Origin: Tricharina praecox
Taxonomy: Eukaryota
Direction: 5' to 3'
DNA: 64,000 bases
NCBI RefSeq assembly: GCF_024521635.1
Contig: NW_026250412.1
Location: forward strand, 310,001-374,000
Shown here: piece after piece, positions 61,789-64,000 of the stretch
How the letters are laid out: each line of letters begins with the position of its first letter
Numbering within the stretch: position 1 is the first letter of the stretch
Translations under genes and position numbers: made by a program
Notes under the pieces: model-generated
What the model was told of the DNA's origin: nothing
What the model saw: the letters and a program-made list of their open reading frames with translations, nothing else
The model's database searches: none

Positions 61789-62811
61789 GGAACGTTTTGC
61801 GAAACGGTTGCCATTTGATAGGGTATTTCGATTCCGATTCCGTTCTGTTATGTGTAGAGTACCGATAGGGATACGATACGATATGATACGAGACGGACTG
61901 AGTGTTTTTACTGTCTACGTGTACTACCGGTATAGGCTAGGCTTGAGGGATGAGTTTGAACTTTGTTGTGTAGTGCATTTTTTTCATTCGACGGTGATGG
62001 TCGGGTCGTGGTCGTGGTTCGGGTCTTGTTGTTGTGAATAATAATGCAGATGCTCATGCTCATGTCCCCGCTATCTACATGTACTGTTACTGTGACCCGG
62101 TTATTGATGCGAATGCGAATGTCCTTGCTATACGTACTATGTATAAACCCGTGCTCCATAACTACTGGCAACTACCAGTAACTACTGGTACTACAGGCAG
62201 TGGAAGCAAGCCGTCGAGACTCGAGACTCGAAGGTACGTAATCTGTATTATACCGCAGGTAGCATACTGGTGAAATCTAGTTAGCCGTCCACAAGTCATC
62301 CTCCGTCACGGGACGGCACGTACCGCACCGCACCGGCACTTTTTCTTCTTTTTTCTTCTTTTTTCGCGCTGGGAATCTCACATCGGGGATTCGGTGCTCC
62401 AAAACAAAACAGAGGAATCACAACTTCTCACTCCGCCTGCTCCCCCCGCCCCGCTCCTAACCCAGACAAAAACAGGAGGCCCTCGCAGGCGGCACAGGTG
62501 GGCCAGGCGGCCCTCTATCGAAGGATCGAAGGGACAGGCTGGCGCAGAGGGCAGGCAAAGCCACATGGGGCCACCTAATGAAAGTCGGGTTTCGGGTTTG
62601 GACAGTGGCGTCACGGGCGTGGAACCGGACTGCGGAGTGTGTATAGATTTAGAACTACATAGGTATCTATATCTATAGATGCCAGGACTCGGGAGTTGGG
62701 AGTGGACGCTTAGAATGTAGGTAGATATTCTACTCAAGACTCAAGACTCAAGTGTGTACTCCAACTACCTACCATAGTCGTGCTTCGTGCACGGGAGCCT
62801 TCCGCTTTCGT

Positions 62812-62893
62812 CCTGCTCCTCCTGCTCCTCCTGCTCCTCCTGCTCCTTCTCATCCTCATGCTTCTATGTACCCCCCCCCCCCCCCCCCCCCCC
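62812..62893. repeat. (CCTGCTCCT)n repeat followed by a poly-C tract
   Basis: Direct reading. Confidence 0.85.
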
Positions 62894-64000
62894 CTCCCAC
62901 CCCTCCCCCGCCACTACCACTACCGCTGGGAAACAAACCAAAAAGATACAGAGAGGAATAGCCCCCCCTCAGCAATGACTAACGACGAACTGGACAAAGT
63001 ATGAACGAAACGATACCGAGTTCGAGTATATACTTCTTTCTTCCTAGTGCGGGTATCCAGCCAAATGCACGAGCCGGAGCAGCAGAGACCACCGTCCACG
63101 AATCCACGGCCCAACAAAGAAGCCCACAAGAAATCAAAGAACCACAATTTAATTCAACAAACAAACCTCAATAATCACAAACCAACAATCAAGCCAATAA
63201 TCAATTCAATTCTCAAAAACACTACACAACCCCTACAAAACCCCAACCCATCGATCAACCAAACAACCAATCAAAACCCCCCCTGTATGTAAGATGTAGA
63301 TCATAGAATGTATAACAGTAGCTCCAGAACTCTCAATACTCCATATGCTAAGAATAAGAAATCCTAAATGACAGATGAAGAAGAAAGAAAACATCCAGTA
63401 CCTATTTGAAACGAAAAAAACGTAGCGGGAGGAATCATCGCCCCCGGTCTCGGAGGAGAAAAGAAACGGCCGAGGAGAAAAGAACCCGTCTCGGAAGAGA
63501 AAAGGAAAATGAAACGGAAAAGGAAAAGGAAACGAAAGGAAACGATTTGACCTCGGAAAAAAAAAGCATGATAAAAGTTCACAAAGCAAAGATCCGACCC
63601 GTCGAAGAAAGCAAAAAGTAAAACCCAGCCAAAACCATGCGCAGAGAGAGAGGAAAGAAAAGAAAGGGGAAATTTCGAAAAAGAAAAAGCGATATCGGCA
63701 ATTGAAGACCAGTTTTTCCAAAAAAAAAAAAAGAAAAAAAAAAACCGAAAAAAAAGAGGAGCCCTTATTAAACCATCCGTGAAGCGTGCGCAGATCGTCA
63801 TTGCGGTGGTCATGAAACCTGAAAAAAATCCAAAAAAAATCCAAAAAAAATCCAAGCATCTAACATCTCAGCCTAGAGCTATCCTAAAGATCAAGATTCC
63901 CCTCCGATCCGTAGAGTAAAAGTAAACATGGAACGTAAAGAGATATATACGCGAAAAAAACTCAAAAATAAAAATCATCAAGGCCCGCAGCACTATGGTC

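Noticed and set aside
63233..63859. Phe-rich minus-strand ORFs
   Set aside because: Low-complexity A-rich DNA, probably the 3' UTR of a gene beyond the window.

Overview
Gene-dense, intron-rich, microsatellite-rich DNA from a filamentous ascomycete. Pezizomycetes is my inference from gene and intron style and is not proven. About 16 conserved genes can be reconstructed by hand: a bZIP factor, an arrestin-domain protein, a PXA protein, an F-box/LRR protein with a CaaX end, an SLC35F6-like transporter, a complex I NDUFS5-like subunit missing from the ORF track, PIN4, a CENP-B-type HTH protein, RBG1/DRG1, cysteine dioxygenase, a second F-box protein, EFG1, SEA4/MIOS, a DUF3074 protein, RPD3 and RNA14. 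The most unusual part is an accessory island of about 5.5 kb between the NDUFS5-like gene and PIN4. It holds a fungal NLR (helical N-terminal domain, NB-ARC, TPR) with intact motifs and introns but one in-frame TAG and two +1 frameshifts, a stop-riddled ORF relic, and a Ty1/copia reverse transcriptase fragment. Also present: a hAT-like MITE, a closely linked duplicated promoter with one-sided C-to-T changes, two candidate orphan small genes, GC-AG introns and several micro-exons. All exon structures are manual inferences, and no database searches were run.
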